Made by a program: the position numbers and the translations under genes
In this document: positions 21,085-31,939 of the stretch, in pieces
Layout of the letters: every line of letters starts with the position of its first letter
How positions within the stretch are numbered: position 1 is the first letter of the stretch
Source: Nitrospirales bacterium
GTDB taxonomy: Bacteria > Nitrospirota > Nitrospiria > Nitrospirales > UBA8639
Reading direction: 5' to 3'
Length of the DNA: 64,000 nucleotides
Assembly: GCA_965203295.1 (NCBI GenBank)
Contig: CBDBCZ010000019.1
Location: forward strand, 768,001-832,000
The notes under the pieces: generated by a model
Told to the model about the DNA's origin: nothing
The model's input: only the letters and a program-made list of their open reading frames with translations
Database searches by the model: none

Positions 21085-21189
21085 TAACAGGTTGTTGAAA
21101 AACTCAACATTTCCCAAAATCCTGGTGTGTGGAAGAATGTCCGATCATCATCAAAAGCGCCGCTGGCTGACTTTTTCAACATCCTGCTA
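21085..21189. mobile_element. Miniature inverted-repeat element (105 bp, TA ends)
   Basis: Left end TAACAGGTTGTTGAAAAA. Reverse complement of the right end is TAGCAGGATGTTGAAAAA (16/18 match). Confidence 0.7.
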
Positions 21190-21210
21190 ATCCCTTGAGT
21201 TAAGGAGAGA

Positions 21211-22584
21211 ATGTCTATGTCTGCATGGGAGGGAGAGTTGAAATCTTACATCAAGTCTATACGCCCAAAATTTGAATCCATGCTTGCTGAATTGGTGGAA
21301 CTTCCTTCTGTCAGTTCTGACCCTTCCTGTACTGCCGACATTCGGTGCACAGCGAACCTTGCAGCCCAATTCTTAAGACACTTGGGTGCGGAAGCATCCG
21401 TCGTCGAAACAGAAGGGTATCCTGCAGTGACAGGTGGATGGAATGTTGGAACAGGACTTCCCTCAGTGACTATTTACAATCATCTCGATGTTCAGCCTGC
21501 CTTAGAGCCTGAATGGCGTCAGTCTCCTTTCATTTTTAAACGAGAAGGGAATCGATATCGAGGACGTGGAACGACTGATGACAAAGGTTCTGCACTGACA
21601 GCTCTCCTTGCTGGTCATTTTGCAGCCCAGAATGGGCTGCCCTTGAACATCCGTTTTTTGTGGGAATTAGAAGAAGAAATCGGCAGCCCTCATTTCAATC
21701 AGGTCTTAAGCAAAACGTGTCAGGTTCCTCGGTCTGATTCTGTGCTAGTCTCCGATACGATTTGGGCGGCACGCAATCGTCCCGCTATTCCTTGTGGCCT
21801 TCGTGGGCTTGTCTCCGCGACCTTGACCCTTCAAACAGGGACGACTGATGTCCATTCAGGTTTGACAGGGGGAGGAGCTCGTAATCCCCTTTCAGAACTG
21901 TGTGAAGTCGTGTATGTTTGTGTCCATGCCAGAACCGGCAAGGTCAAAATTCCAGGATTTTATCATGATGTCGTATCACCTTCTTCTCATGAAATGAAGG
22001 AGTATTTATCTTCTGGTTTTGAGGTGAATCAATTTAAACGAGCCTTTCAATTTCGTTCTCTTCGGACCGAAAAACGGGCTGAATTAATCAGACGAATTTT
22101 GGCAGAGCCGACCTTTGAAGTCCATGGGCTTGTGGGGGGTCATATTGGCTCAGGAGTGAAAACAGTGGTTCCCCCCAGGGGAGAACTCAAAGTCAGTATG
22201 CGACTTGTTCCCAAACAAACACCTGAAAAAATCTTCAGACTTTTTAAGAAGTTTCTCAATGAGCGATTCCCGGATATTCGAGTGGACTGTGATGGCAAGC
22301 TGGAACCATTTCAAGGCGTGACCAAGGGGCCCTATGCGGATGCCATCCGAAGGGCTGTCCAGGTTGGGTTCGGGAAGGAGCCGTCGCTTGTTCGGGAGGG
22401 AGGATCGATTGGAGCGATTTCTTTGTTGCAACGTAAATGGAACGTTCCTATTCTTTTTATGGGATTGAGCCTGCCTGAACATGGATATCATGCGCCCAAT
22501 GAATTTTTTGATTGGGGGCAGGCTTCGGTTGGGATGCGAGCGTTGGCTCATTATTTTTCTGAGCTAAGCCAACTAAGACGATGA
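21211..22584 (+). CDS. M20/M25/M40 family metallo-dipeptidase
   Basis: YNHLDVQP, GRGTTDDKG, EEEIGS, GGSIG and HAPNE. Confidence 0.92.
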   Translation: MSMSAWEGELKSYIKSIRPKFESMLAELVELPSVSSDPSCTADIRCTANLAAQFLRHLGAEASVVETEGYPAVTGGWNVGTGLPSVTIYNHLDVQPALEPEWRQSPFIFKREGNRYRGRGTTDDKGSALTALLAGHFAAQNGLPLNIRFLWELEEEIGSPHFNQVLSKTCQVPRSDSVLVSDTIWAARNRPAIPCGLRGLVSATLTLQTGTTDVHSGLTGGGARNPLSELCEVVYVCVHARTGKVKIPGFYHDVVSPSSHEMKEYLSSGFEVNQFKRAFQFRSLRTEKRAELIRRILAEPTFEVHGLVGGHIGSGVKTVVPPRGELKVSMRLVPKQTPEKIFRLFKKFLNERFPDIRVDCDGKLEPFQGVTKGPYADAIRRAVQVGFGKEPSLVREGGSIGAISLLQRKWNVPILFMGLSLPEHGYHAPNEFFDWGQASVGMRALAHYFSELSQLRR

Positions 22585-22678
22585 AGGGCTAGCTTGGAAA
22601 GGAATTCAAAAGGATGGCGTGTCGTCATTTGAAATGCATGTCCCACCGTGCCTAGGGGAGTCTCGAAAGCCATCCTGT

Positions 22679-24046
22679 TTATTTTTCTCTCACTAAGATT
22701 CGAATTGGCGCTCCTTCAAACCCAAACATTTTTCGGAGATGGTTTTCGAGATACTTACGGTAGGCTGATTTTACTTCTACAGAACGGCCTACAAAGAGAG
22801 CGAAGGTCGGTGGTCGAGTGGCGACTTGCGTCATAAAGACGGACTTGATCGGGTTCCCTTTCTTCATCGTGAGGGGGTTTTTCGCGATGACCATTTGCAG
22901 AAATTTATTGAGTTGACTGGTGGGGATCCTTTGTGAAAAAGAGATCATGACACGGTCAATTTGCGTAAAGAGTTTCTTGGCGGTTGTTTTTTGTAAGGCA
23001 GAACCAAAAACGGTTGGGACAAACATGAAAAAAGGAAATTGGCGACTCAGCATGTGTGAAAAAATACTCTGTGCGTCCGGCTCATCTTGACGAAGATCCC
23101 ATTTGTTGATGATCATGATGCATCCTCGTCCCTGTTTGGTTATCAAACCCGCAATTTTTGTGTCTTGCTCAGTTATGCCTTCCTCAGCATCAAGCATCAA
23201 AATAGCGATGTCGGACCGTCCTAATGCCCGATGGGTCCGTGCCACGCTATAGCCTTCTACGCCTCGTTCGATTCGACCGCGCCGACGGATTCCTGCCGTA
23301 TCTGTGAACACGTAGTGTTTCCTATTGTAGGGGATGATGGTGTCAATGGGATCCCGTGTCGTTCCAGAAACCTGGCTGACAAGGACGCGATCTTCTCCGA
23401 GTATAGTATTGATCAGTGTAGATTTCCCTGTGTTGGGACGGCCAACCACTGCGATACGAGGATACGAAGTCTCCAATGCCTCTGAATCTTGGACAGGTAG
23501 CAGAGGCAAAAGGGCTTCGAGGAGGTCATCAACGCCTAACCCTTGTTCAGCCGAAATGGGATACAGGTTCTCTTGACTTAGTTGAAAAAAATCTGCCAGA
23601 AGAGGTTCGGATTTAGGAGAATCAATTTTATTAATCGCAAAGAAGATCGGTTTATTCACTCCACGGAGGAGTTGCACAATTTCATGATCCAGAACCGTGA
23701 GTCCTTCTCTTCCATCCATGATGATGAGCAAAATATCGGCTTCTGCGATCGCATTCTTGGATTGATGCTGAATAAGAGCGGTCATTCCTTCAGAGGCTGA
23801 AAGGTCTAACCCACCTGTGTCCATAAGCTGAAACGCGCGACCCTGATACGTGCAATCGGCGAAATTTCGGTCACGCGTCACCCCTGGAAGATCATCCACA
23901 ATGGCCGACCTCGTTCCTAAGATCCTATTGAAAAGGGTTGATTTACCCACATTGGGCCGTCCAATGATGGCGACAATGGGCAAGGAGGGACAAGATGCTT
24001 CTTTGAGGAAGCTTGTCTGATCTGAGAAGGTTTTGCCTTTTTTCAT
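22679..24046 (-). CDS. der: Ribosome biogenesis GTPase Der (EngA)
   Basis: Two G domains (GRPNVGKS/DTGG/NKID and GRPNTGKS/DTAG/NKWD) and a C-terminal KH-like FGFEGAPI. Start uncertain. Confidence 0.96.
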   Translation of the reverse strand: MKKGKTFSDQTSFLKEASCPSLPIVAIIGRPNVGKSTLFNRILGTRSAIVDDLPGVTRDRNFADCTYQGRAFQLMDTGGLDLSASEGMTALIQHQSKNAIAEADILLIIMDGREGLTVLDHEIVQLLRGVNKPIFFAINKIDSPKSEPLLADFFQLSQENLYPISAEQGLGVDDLLEALLPLLPVQDSEALETSYPRIAVVGRPNTGKSTLINTILGEDRVLVSQVSGTTRDPIDTIIPYNRKHYVFTDTAGIRRRGRIERGVEGYSVARTHRALGRSDIAILMLDAEEGITEQDTKIAGLITKQGRGCIMIINKWDLRQDEPDAQSIFSHMLSRQFPFFMFVPTVFGSALQKTTAKKLFTQIDRVMISFSQRIPTSQLNKFLQMVIAKNPLTMKKGNPIKSVFMTQVATRPPTFALFVGRSVEVKSAYRKYLENHLRKMFGFEGAPIRILVREK

Positions 24047-24331
24047 GAGCCAAGAAACTGGTGAATATGGACTTATAAAGGAGAGGATGGAAATTCCTGG
24101 AATTGACCCTTTGCTCCGTCTAGTGAGAAAAGAATCTATTATAGGGAGATTGAGTGCAGGAAGAAATGTCACTCTCGCAGGTTGATAAAAAAACGCCTGC
24201 GGCGTTTCCTGCCTTCGTGTCTAGATTCAGGTAGATGGGTCTTTGTGAACAGCCAGCATCATTTGCTTGACCATTTTCAAGAGAGGTCACGTGAGGCTGG
24301 AACAGTGTCGCTGTCGAGAATCAAATGGAGT

Positions 24332-24856
24332 TTAGAGGTGGAGATGCTTCAGAGCTGCAGCACAGAGGATGATGAAGACCCCCATCCAGAGACTGGCTTG
24401 TTGAAAGGGAATAGGTTCAATCGTCTGTTCTTCTTTTTTCTCCTCAGTCTCTTCACCGGTTTGTTCTGTTTTGAAAATAACGGTATACAGGAAAGTCGTG
24501 AGTACCCCTAGGATCAAGGTAAGTTTTATGAAAAAGATTGTGAGGTATTTGACATTGTGTGAGAGGCTGGTTCCCTCAGTCTGCATCAATTGATTGACAT
24601 AATGAAGATTGAACCCCCCAGTGAACAAAATGACCACCAGCAGAATTCCGACCACACGGCGATACTGTTTATAAAACGTATCACATATGGGCTTAATAAA
24701 TTCTTTAGGAACAGCGGTGCGTAACCCAGGAGTGACAGCCAAAACGAGATAGGCCAACCCCCCAATCCAGACGATCGCGGAGAGAAGATGGACCCAATGG
24801 ATAAGTATTGGAATGACCTTGTTCAGGTCAAGAAAGATTTCTTGAAGAGCGCTCAT
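24332..24856 (-). CDS. CopD/DUF4149-like four-TM membrane protein
   Basis: HWVHLLSAIVWIGG, four hydrophobic segments and a C-terminal KHLHL. Its ATG overlaps the upstream stop (TAATG). Confidence 0.65.
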   Translation of the reverse strand: MSALQEIFLDLNKVIPILIHWVHLLSAIVWIGGLAYLVLAVTPGLRTAVPKEFIKPICDTFYKQYRRVVGILLVVILFTGGFNLHYVNQLMQTEGTSLSHNVKYLTIFFIKLTLILGVLTTFLYTVIFKTEQTGEETEEKKEEQTIEPIPFQQASLWMGVFIILCAAALKHLHL

Positions 24857-26241
24857 TAGAATTTAAACACAGGCTTCTCATTTCCAAAGCGCTTTTTCCT
24901 TAGTTCTTCCATCAATTCTATGGTGACGAGAGAGATGCTATTATTAGCTGCGTGGCGTTCTACCCCTTTCTTGACCATGGCCCGAAGAAAATAGGGAATT
25001 CGATTGAGTCGAGTTTGCGACGCCTCATCCCACACCACAGACACGTTTTCTTGTGAATTGAAGGCGACTTTGACTTTTGGTCCCCCTTTTGGCGTGTAAA
25101 GGCACCATTCGTCCTCATCAAGCCAGTCTCCGTGGTCGACATAGGGGCGGGCCCGACATCCTCCACAGATCTCGCTATATTCACAATCTCCGCATTTGCC
25201 CTTCAAGTGAGGGTATCGGAATGAGTTAAAAGTTGGAGATTGTGCCCAAAGATCGGCAAAACTGGTTTCTCGAATATTGCCCGCAGACAAAGGCATATAA
25301 GGGCAGGGCGTGAGGTCTCCATTTGGGGTAACCCGAGCATAGTTGGTTCCCGCAAGGCACCCTCCACCCATATACCCCTGTGCTTTGGTTATCGGGGAGT
25401 CAGGATCTTTTTCATAAGCCAGCCGTTTGAAATGGGGAGCGCACCTGGCTCTCACAAGCATATTCGGGTATTGATCTTGACAATCGATAAGGAAGGACAG
25501 CACTTCTTCATATTGCTCGGAGGTGATATCGGTGAGTTCTTCACCCCGTCCAGTACAGACCATGAAAAACACGTTTAAGACACGAGCCTCTAAATCATAG
25601 GCCCATTCTATGACAGCGGGAAGTTCTTGATAGTTCATTGGTTGGGCACTGAAGTGAATCTGAAATTGCAAGCCGTTTCGTTTGCACGCTTCAATCCCAG
25701 AAACCGCACCTTCCCAAGCACCCGAAAGCCCGCGAAATTGATTGTGTTTTGTAGGGTCAAGAGAATCAATACTGATTCCAACTCCCATGACGCCGATCTC
25801 TACCAACTCTCGCGCCATTCGGTCGTTGATCAACATCCCGTTGGTGCCAAAAACGACCATGAACCCTTTGCCTACTGAGTGGCGGGCGATTTCAAGAATA
25901 TCTGGTCTCACCAAGGGTTCTCCACCAGTGATGACCAATAAGCAGCCGGAATTGACTTCTGCAATCTGATCAATCAGGCGGAAGCACTCTTCGGTGCTTA
26001 GTTCATCCGAGCCACCACCGGCTTTGGTTGTCGCATCGAGGTAGCAATGGTCACATCGAAGGTTACATCGTTTGGTTAGATTCAAGGCGATCAGGTAAGG
26101 GTTGAAATCGTCAACGGTTCGACCATCGTTTGGCGAAGATTGTAGGGAGGAGGGGTTTGAAAACTGGGTGACCTGTCCTTGAAGAAGGCTCAGTTCATTT
26201 TGAGAGTTTGGAAAATTAACGACCGGGAGGGATTTACCCAT
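24856..26241 (-). CDS. Radical SAM/SPASM enzyme (AhbC/AhbD/NirJ-like) with C-terminal PCP_red-like domain
   Basis: CNLRCDHC, TGGEP, VCTGRG, CAPHF and SPASM cysteines (GCLAG..PCPY..CGDC..CGGCRAR). Tail WDEASQTRLNRIPYFLRAMVKKGVERHA. Confidence 0.85.
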   Translation of the reverse strand: MGKSLPVVNFPNSQNELSLLQGQVTQFSNPSSLQSSPNDGRTVDDFNPYLIALNLTKRCNLRCDHCYLDATTKAGGGSDELSTEECFRLIDQIAEVNSGCLLVITGGEPLVRPDILEIARHSVGKGFMVVFGTNGMLINDRMARELVEIGVMGVGISIDSLDPTKHNQFRGLSGAWEGAVSGIEACKRNGLQFQIHFSAQPMNYQELPAVIEWAYDLEARVLNVFFMVCTGRGEELTDITSEQYEEVLSFLIDCQDQYPNMLVRARCAPHFKRLAYEKDPDSPITKAQGYMGGGCLAGTNYARVTPNGDLTPCPYMPLSAGNIRETSFADLWAQSPTFNSFRYPHLKGKCGDCEYSEICGGCRARPYVDHGDWLDEDEWCLYTPKGGPKVKVAFNSQENVSVVWDEASQTRLNRIPYFLRAMVKKGVERHAANNSISLVTIELMEELRKKRFGNEKPVFKF

Positions 26242-28324
26242 TGTGCTCAGCCCCAGACTGAACACCTGGAGTAGTCAGTCGAGCAATGATATCTTTGACG
26301 TTCCCGGTTTTCATGGCCTCTTCCATTGTTTGCTTGGCCTGCTCAATTCCTTCATTGGCCACATCAAGCGTGATGGAAGTTGCGCCGATCTTTTCGGCAT
26401 GCTTGATGATAAGGGCTTTCGTGCAATCTCTCATGAATCCCTCAGGAGCCCGTTCGAGCCGTTTCAGGGCTTCAGGATCCCAGGTGAATGGGGAAGCCTC
26501 AGGACTTTGAGTGCTCCCATTATCGGCGGGACTTTGCTCTTTTTCCTGCGAAGGAGAGGCAGCCGTCTTATTCGAGAAAATCGGGGTATAGTCTTCCTCA
26601 GCAGCTTCTTGAATCATGGGAGCAGCATACTCAAGCGTGATGGTCGTCATCCCCAGCTTACGAGCGGACTTTTCAATTCTGGCCTTGGCCCTTCGCCGTT
26701 GGAATCCGGCAGAGACAGACCGAATGGCTTCTTTGGCATCTTTTGTCCATTGCATCGGAACATCGTCATAGGCCATGTGTGTTTCAAGGTTTCCTTCAGA
26801 TTTGGCAGCTGCATCAAAGATATTTTTATCTACGGGCTTAAAGCCATCTCCTGCTCCTCCGCAAATTGGACATTTTGTAGGCGTGTCCCCTTTACCGATA
26901 TAGCCACAGCCATTACAGACATAGTAAGTTTGAGACATCCGGTCAAGATAGGATTGAGTGCTCGGACTAATCGTTGGACTATCAGAAGCCGGCTTTTCTT
27001 CAACGATTTGATTCATCATCCCACCGAGGGTCGATCCCATTAAGTCGCCTGCCACGGAATCGTCAGCTTGCATTTTATTTCGATCAATACCCGCGGCATC
27101 TAAACTTCCGCCTAGGGCCTTCATGGCATCCATGGCTCCCTTGGGAAGGATATCTCCTACCGCGGCATCCACGACCGAGTTGCTGATAATGGTATGCCCT
27201 TTCTCAATAGCATATCGATGAATGGCTGTTTTGGCTACACCCCTCGCGAAAACTGGGACTTTTTCCATTCGAAGGAGGGCCTCTTCAGTCCAGGCAATGG
27301 TATATTCAGCTTGCGTGTCGATCGGAGGGACAAACTTTTGATTCGAGATTAACACATTGCACGAAGCAGCCCGTAATAAGTTCTCCGCGTTGCTTCCGAT
27401 GTCCATGTCCTCATCGCTATGGACCCCAATCCTTCCAACAATAAGGAGCCACGGTTGTTCCTTACGGACATATTGAAGAACCTTCTCAAACACTTTGCCG
27501 TCTAATAGGGTCGTCCGAATATCACTGCCTTCTTCCTGGGCAACTTCACGGGAAATATTGAGGTGAGACTGATAAATCTTGGCTAGGCCACTGTCGATGA
27601 TTTCCTCATGGAGTTTCTCCTGTTCTTTGAAACGAAATACCTTCCCAGCTTCCTCGTTTAATACCCCAGAAATGCTATGGAAAGCTGCATAGTGGAAATA
27701 TGGATCAAAAGCCGAAATCGCTTCCACCGGTTTATTAAGAATTTTCCCAAGGGCTAGTCCAGTTTTGAGTCCTCCAAAGGAATAAGGACTCCCATCCACG
27801 GCGACAACGATTTTGCCATCATTCATCGGGCGAAGGTCTTTGATGAGCAGCATGTCGGAGTTTCGTACTCGGCGAATCACACGCTCTGTATTACTCCCAA
27901 TGACCGAATCTTTGACTGCGCCAACCCCCAGAGCACCCATAATGGTCAGGTCGTACTCATTCGAATTGATATCTTCAGCCAGAACTTTCCAATTCCGCCC
28001 TTCAAGCGATCGACGTTCTAGAGATAGATTGGCCTCACGACATTTTTGGTCGACATAATCCAGATAGGAATCTGTGATAATTTGCAACCCTCGAGTTATC
28101 AGGGAATCATGAATCTGGCGTTGCCGGTCAAGTTCTTTTTCATCATGATATTCTTCTGGGAGTCCGGCTTCCATTTGTTTGAACCGTTTGTCATGCATTT
28201 TGGCAGCATAGACATGACTTCCGACAATTTTAGAGCCGAATTCCTTGGCCAATTTCACACCCAGATCAACAGCCATATTCGAATGGTCTGAATTGTCGAC
28301 CGGGATGTATATCGTTTTATACAT
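26234..28324 (-). CDS. Tandem universal-stress-protein domains fused to three PCP_red-like domains and a rubredoxin-like CxxC..CxxC
   Basis: IYIPVDNSDHS..MGALG..IGSNTERV and IVVAVDGSPYS..VGRIG..IGSNAENL. CNGCGY..CPICG. Three W(T/D)xEA..R..P..F.R repeats. Confidence 0.85.
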   Translation of the reverse strand: MYKTIYIPVDNSDHSNMAVDLGVKLAKEFGSKIVGSHVYAAKMHDKRFKQMEAGLPEEYHDEKELDRQRQIHDSLITRGLQIITDSYLDYVDQKCREANLSLERRSLEGRNWKVLAEDINSNEYDLTIMGALGVGAVKDSVIGSNTERVIRRVRNSDMLLIKDLRPMNDGKIVVAVDGSPYSFGGLKTGLALGKILNKPVEAISAFDPYFHYAAFHSISGVLNEEAGKVFRFKEQEKLHEEIIDSGLAKIYQSHLNISREVAQEEGSDIRTTLLDGKVFEKVLQYVRKEQPWLLIVGRIGVHSDEDMDIGSNAENLLRAASCNVLISNQKFVPPIDTQAEYTIAWTEEALLRMEKVPVFARGVAKTAIHRYAIEKGHTIISNSVVDAAVGDILPKGAMDAMKALGGSLDAAGIDRNKMQADDSVAGDLMGSTLGGMMNQIVEEKPASDSPTISPSTQSYLDRMSQTYYVCNGCGYIGKGDTPTKCPICGGAGDGFKPVDKNIFDAAAKSEGNLETHMAYDDVPMQWTKDAKEAIRSVSAGFQRRRAKARIEKSARKLGMTTITLEYAAPMIQEAAEEDYTPIFSNKTAASPSQEKEQSPADNGSTQSPEASPFTWDPEALKRLERAPEGFMRDCTKALIIKHAEKIGATSITLDVANEGIEQAKQTMEEAMKTGNVKDIIARLTTPGVQSGAEHNG

Positions 28325-28789
28325 CAGGTGCCTCCTTAGTCACACTTCAGGAATTGGACTCGTGACTAATGGTGAAATCTCTGTAAGGTCCTGAAAAATA
28401 ACCACTTTCTGATAGTCTTTTCTCAAGTCATTCTGGAAAAGATCGTGAGATATTAGCACCGGCTATTCTACTAATGCAACCCGAATTTCCCGATTTATCA
28501 ATTTAATATTCAAATGATTAGGAGTGGAGTTTCATGAGTGGACGAACAAAATAAGGTAAAAAGTTCAGTGGCTAAAAAATTCGAATTTTTCGCATAGGTG
28601 CATAGGTAATGAGAACTGAAATCTGCAATCAAGGTATTCTATGGATTTTTTAATTGACAATACCCCTAGGTCTTTGATTAAGTTGTCAGACAAATCTGTA
28701 ACCCCATTTTTCATTTTAGGAAAGGGGTTCCTCCACCGAATTAGACAAATCGAGGTAGGGGGCCTCTTTGTTTTGTGAGGATCTCTACC

Positions 28790-29941
28790 ATGAGTCAAAG
28801 AAATTTCCTTTTTACATCTGAGTCGGTGACAGAAGGGCATCCCGATAAAATCGCTGACCAAATCTCCGACGGGATTTTGGATGCCATTATTGCCCAGGAC
28901 AAATATTGCCGGGTTGCTTGTGAAACGATATTGACCACCGGGTTAGCCTTTGTGGCTGGAGAGATTTCCACCAAGGCTTACGTGGAAATACCAGATATCA
29001 TTCGGGAAACCATTCGAGGAGTGGGTTATACGGATGCGACGTGGGGTTTTGATTACCGAACCTGTTCGGTCCTGACGGCAATTCAAGCGCAATCTGGGGA
29101 TATTGCTATGGGAGTCGATACGGGAGGGGCTGGGGACCAAGGACTCATGTTTGGGTATGCCACCAATGAGACAGCGGAATTAATGCCAATGCCTATTGTC
29201 TTGGCTCACCGGCTTACTCGTCGATTAGCCGAGGTTCGGAAGAAAAAAATCCTCCCATGGGTTCGTCCTGATGGAAAATCCCAAGTGACGGTCGAGTATC
29301 GGAATGGAAAACCTGTTCGGATTAATACGATTGTGCTTTCCACTCAACATAGTGACAATGTGACCTCGAAAAAAATTGAACGGGACTTGATGGAAAAGGT
29401 GATTAAACCGGAAATGCCCAAAAGTATCTTTGACCCTATGACGGTGAAGTATCATATTAATCCCACGGGTCGATTTGTGACGGGAGGACCCATGGGCGAT
29501 ACAGGGTTGACCGGTCGAAAGATTATTGTTGATACCTATGGAGGTGTAGGCAGTCATGGAGGAGGGGCCTTTTCAGGAAAGGATCCCAGTAAGGTCGACC
29601 GATCGGCCTCCTATATGGCCCGATACATCGCGAAAAATCTGATTGCCGCCAAATTAGCGGATAAGTGTGAGGTGCAATTAGCCTATGCAATAGGAGTAAC
29701 AGAACCTGTTTCTATCTTGGTTGATACAAAGGGAACAGAAAAAGTTTCTATTGAAGTGATTGATAAGTTGGTCCGTAAGCATTTCCCCATGACCCCTAGA
29801 GGGATCATAGAGCACCTCAAACTTCGGAGACCAATTTATAAAAAGACTGCGGCCTATGGACATTTTGGCCGTAACGAACCAGAATTTACATGGGAGAAGG
29901 CGGATAAAGCGACCTTACTCAGAAGGGAAGCAAGACTTTAA
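28790..29941 (+). CDS. metK: S-adenosylmethionine synthetase
   Basis: [30 protein letters not shown] and GGGAFSGKD. Confidence 0.98.
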   Translation: MSQRNFLFTSESVTEGHPDKIADQISDGILDAIIAQDKYCRVACETILTTGLAFVAGEISTKAYVEIPDIIRETIRGVGYTDATWGFDYRTCSVLTAIQAQSGDIAMGVDTGGAGDQGLMFGYATNETAELMPMPIVLAHRLTRRLAEVRKKKILPWVRPDGKSQVTVEYRNGKPVRINTIVLSTQHSDNVTSKKIERDLMEKVIKPEMPKSIFDPMTVKYHINPTGRFVTGGPMGDTGLTGRKIIVDTYGGVGSHGGGAFSGKDPSKVDRSASYMARYIAKNLIAAKLADKCEVQLAYAIGVTEPVSILVDTKGTEKVSIEVIDKLVRKHFPMTPRGIIEHLKLRRPIYKKTAAYGHFGRNEPEFTWEKADKATLLRREARL

Positions 29942-29965
29942 CATATTGCCAGAGTCGACATGATT

Positions 29966-30000
29966 AGGGGGACAGGTTAAGGCCTGCCCCCTTTTTTCTT
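29966..30000 (+). terminator. Intrinsic terminator-like hairpin between metK and ahcY
   Basis: AGGGGGACAGG-ttaagg-CCTGCCCCCT followed by a T run. Confidence 0.7.
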
Positions 30001-30033
30001 CGTAGCAATAGAAGAAGGAGGAAATAAAACATT

Positions 30034-31416
30034 ATGAGCACTGCAACAAAAATCGATACGACATTCAGCGACTATAAAGTCGCTGATATCAGTCTTGCTG
30101 ACTGGGGCCGAAAAGAACTTGAAATTGCCGAAACGGAAATGCCTGCCTTAATGGCTCTCCGTGAAAAGTATCGCAATCTGCAGCCATTAAAAGGTGCCAG
30201 AATTATTGGCTGCATTCATATGACCATTCAGACCAGTATTTTGATCGAAACGCTGATCGAACTTGGTGCACAAGTTCGCTGGTCCTCCTGTAACATTTTT
30301 TCAACCCAGGATCATGCTGCTGCTGCAATCGCGGCAAGGGGCGTTCCCGTGTTTGCCTGGAAGGGGGAGACTCTAGAAGAGTACGAGTGGTGTATCGAGC
30401 AAACCATCTTGAAAGATGGGCAACCCTGGGATGCCAATATGGTATTGGACGATGGGGGAGATTTGACGCTGATGCTTCATGAAAAGTTCCCGGCCATGCT
30501 GGACCGAATTCATGGTATCACCGAAGAAACGACCACAGGAGTTCATCGCCTTCAGGAGAGACTGGAAAAAGGCACGCTGAGAGTTCCTGCCATCAATGTC
30601 AATGACTCCGTGACCAAATCAAAAAACGACAACAAGTACGGTTGCCGTCACAGTTTGAATGACGCCATTAAACGGGGCACTGACCATCTTCTGTCGGGAA
30701 AAAAGGCTTTGGTAATCGGTTATGGCGATGTGGGTAAAGGCTCAGCTCAATCATTGCGCCAGGAAGGGATGATTGTGAAGGTATCGGAAATCGATCCAAT
30801 CTGTGCCATGCAGGCATGTATGGATGGGTTTGAAGTAGTGTCTTCCTACAATGCCGGTATCAATACTGGCAAAGTAGAGGACATTAACAAGGATCTCCTC
30901 TCCAACACGGATTTGGTGGTAACGGCCACTGGCAATTTTAATGTCTGCGATTCCGGGATGTTGGAATCCCTAAAGTGCGGGGCCGTGGTCTGTAATATTG
31001 GTCACTTCGATAATGAAATCGATACCGCCTATATGCGTAAGAACTGGGAGTGGGAAGAAGTGAAGCCCCAGGTGCACAAAGTGTATCGGGACAGAACCAG
31101 AAACAACCACCTTCTTCTCCTATCCGAAGGACGTTTGGTGAATTTGGGAAATGCCACTGGCCATCCGTCCCGTATTATGGATGGTTCATTTGCCAACCAA
31201 GTCCTCGCCCAGATTTACCTGTATGAACGTAAATTTGCTGATCAGAACCATGCAGAAGTGACCCTTCAAGTCTTGCCGAAACAACTCGACGAAGAAGTGG
31301 CTAGCTACATGGTACGTGGTTTTGGTGGCATCATTACGAAACTCACGAAGACTCAGGCAGAATATATCAACGTGTCTATGGACGGCCCATTTAAAGTAGA
31401 CAGCTACAAGTATTGA
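30034..31416 (+). CDS. ahcY: Adenosylhomocysteinase
   Basis: [42 protein letters not shown] and GHPS. Confidence 0.98.
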   Translation: MSTATKIDTTFSDYKVADISLADWGRKELEIAETEMPALMALREKYRNLQPLKGARIIGCIHMTIQTSILIETLIELGAQVRWSSCNIFSTQDHAAAAIAARGVPVFAWKGETLEEYEWCIEQTILKDGQPWDANMVLDDGGDLTLMLHEKFPAMLDRIHGITEETTTGVHRLQERLEKGTLRVPAINVNDSVTKSKNDNKYGCRHSLNDAIKRGTDHLLSGKKALVIGYGDVGKGSAQSLRQEGMIVKVSEIDPICAMQACMDGFEVVSSYNAGINTGKVEDINKDLLSNTDLVVTATGNFNVCDSGMLESLKCGAVVCNIGHFDNEIDTAYMRKNWEWEEVKPQVHKVYRDRTRNNHLLLLSEGRLVNLGNATGHPSRIMDGSFANQVLAQIYLYERKFADQNHAEVTLQVLPKQLDEEVASYMVRGFGGIITKLTKTQAEYINVSMDGPFKVDSYKY

Positions 31417-31909
31417 TTTGTCACCAGTGTGGTGATGTTCTCTCTAAAAAAACCTGCTTCAGTAAATAGGCAGCTCCGTGGTTTAAGCCTTACGTTGTGC
31501 ATCTGAAACGATTTTTGGCGGGATTTCTTAGTAGCCAATAGCTGTGGGATTCAAAGATCTCCTGCCATTGGCGCTGCTGAAAGTTTATCCTTGCTTATTC
31601 AACCCTTCCTGTTCTCTCAGAATTCCATCGCATCAATACGTAATATTGAGTATACTCGTACGTTAAGCATATGCGATTTATCCAACCAAAATGGCAGAAT
31701 TTCAAAGCTCCGAAAAGAAAATGGTCATGATCCATGGATTATTTTGGTTGCGAAATCGCACTTTATTCACATCATGGCTTATAAGTTATGAAGAGAGCTT
31801 GGGTAATGGTTGAGGAAAAGTTTAGGAAATGAGGGTCGTAGCTTGGCGCATGCTCAGAATTTTTTGAAAGACTTTGGCTCTTTTTTCTTGGTACGAGTTC
31901 GCAGTATCA

Positions 31910-31939
31910 TTGACAAAAAATAGAGGAGAACTATATACT
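31910..31939 (+). promoter_or_regulatory. Sigma70-type promoter of the oxidoreductase operon
   Basis: TTGACA-N18-TATACT. Confidence 0.55.

Noticed and set aside
29942..30033. SAH riboswitch before ahcY
   Set aside because: No recognisable SAH riboswitch core; the spacer holds only a terminator-like hairpin and the RBS.
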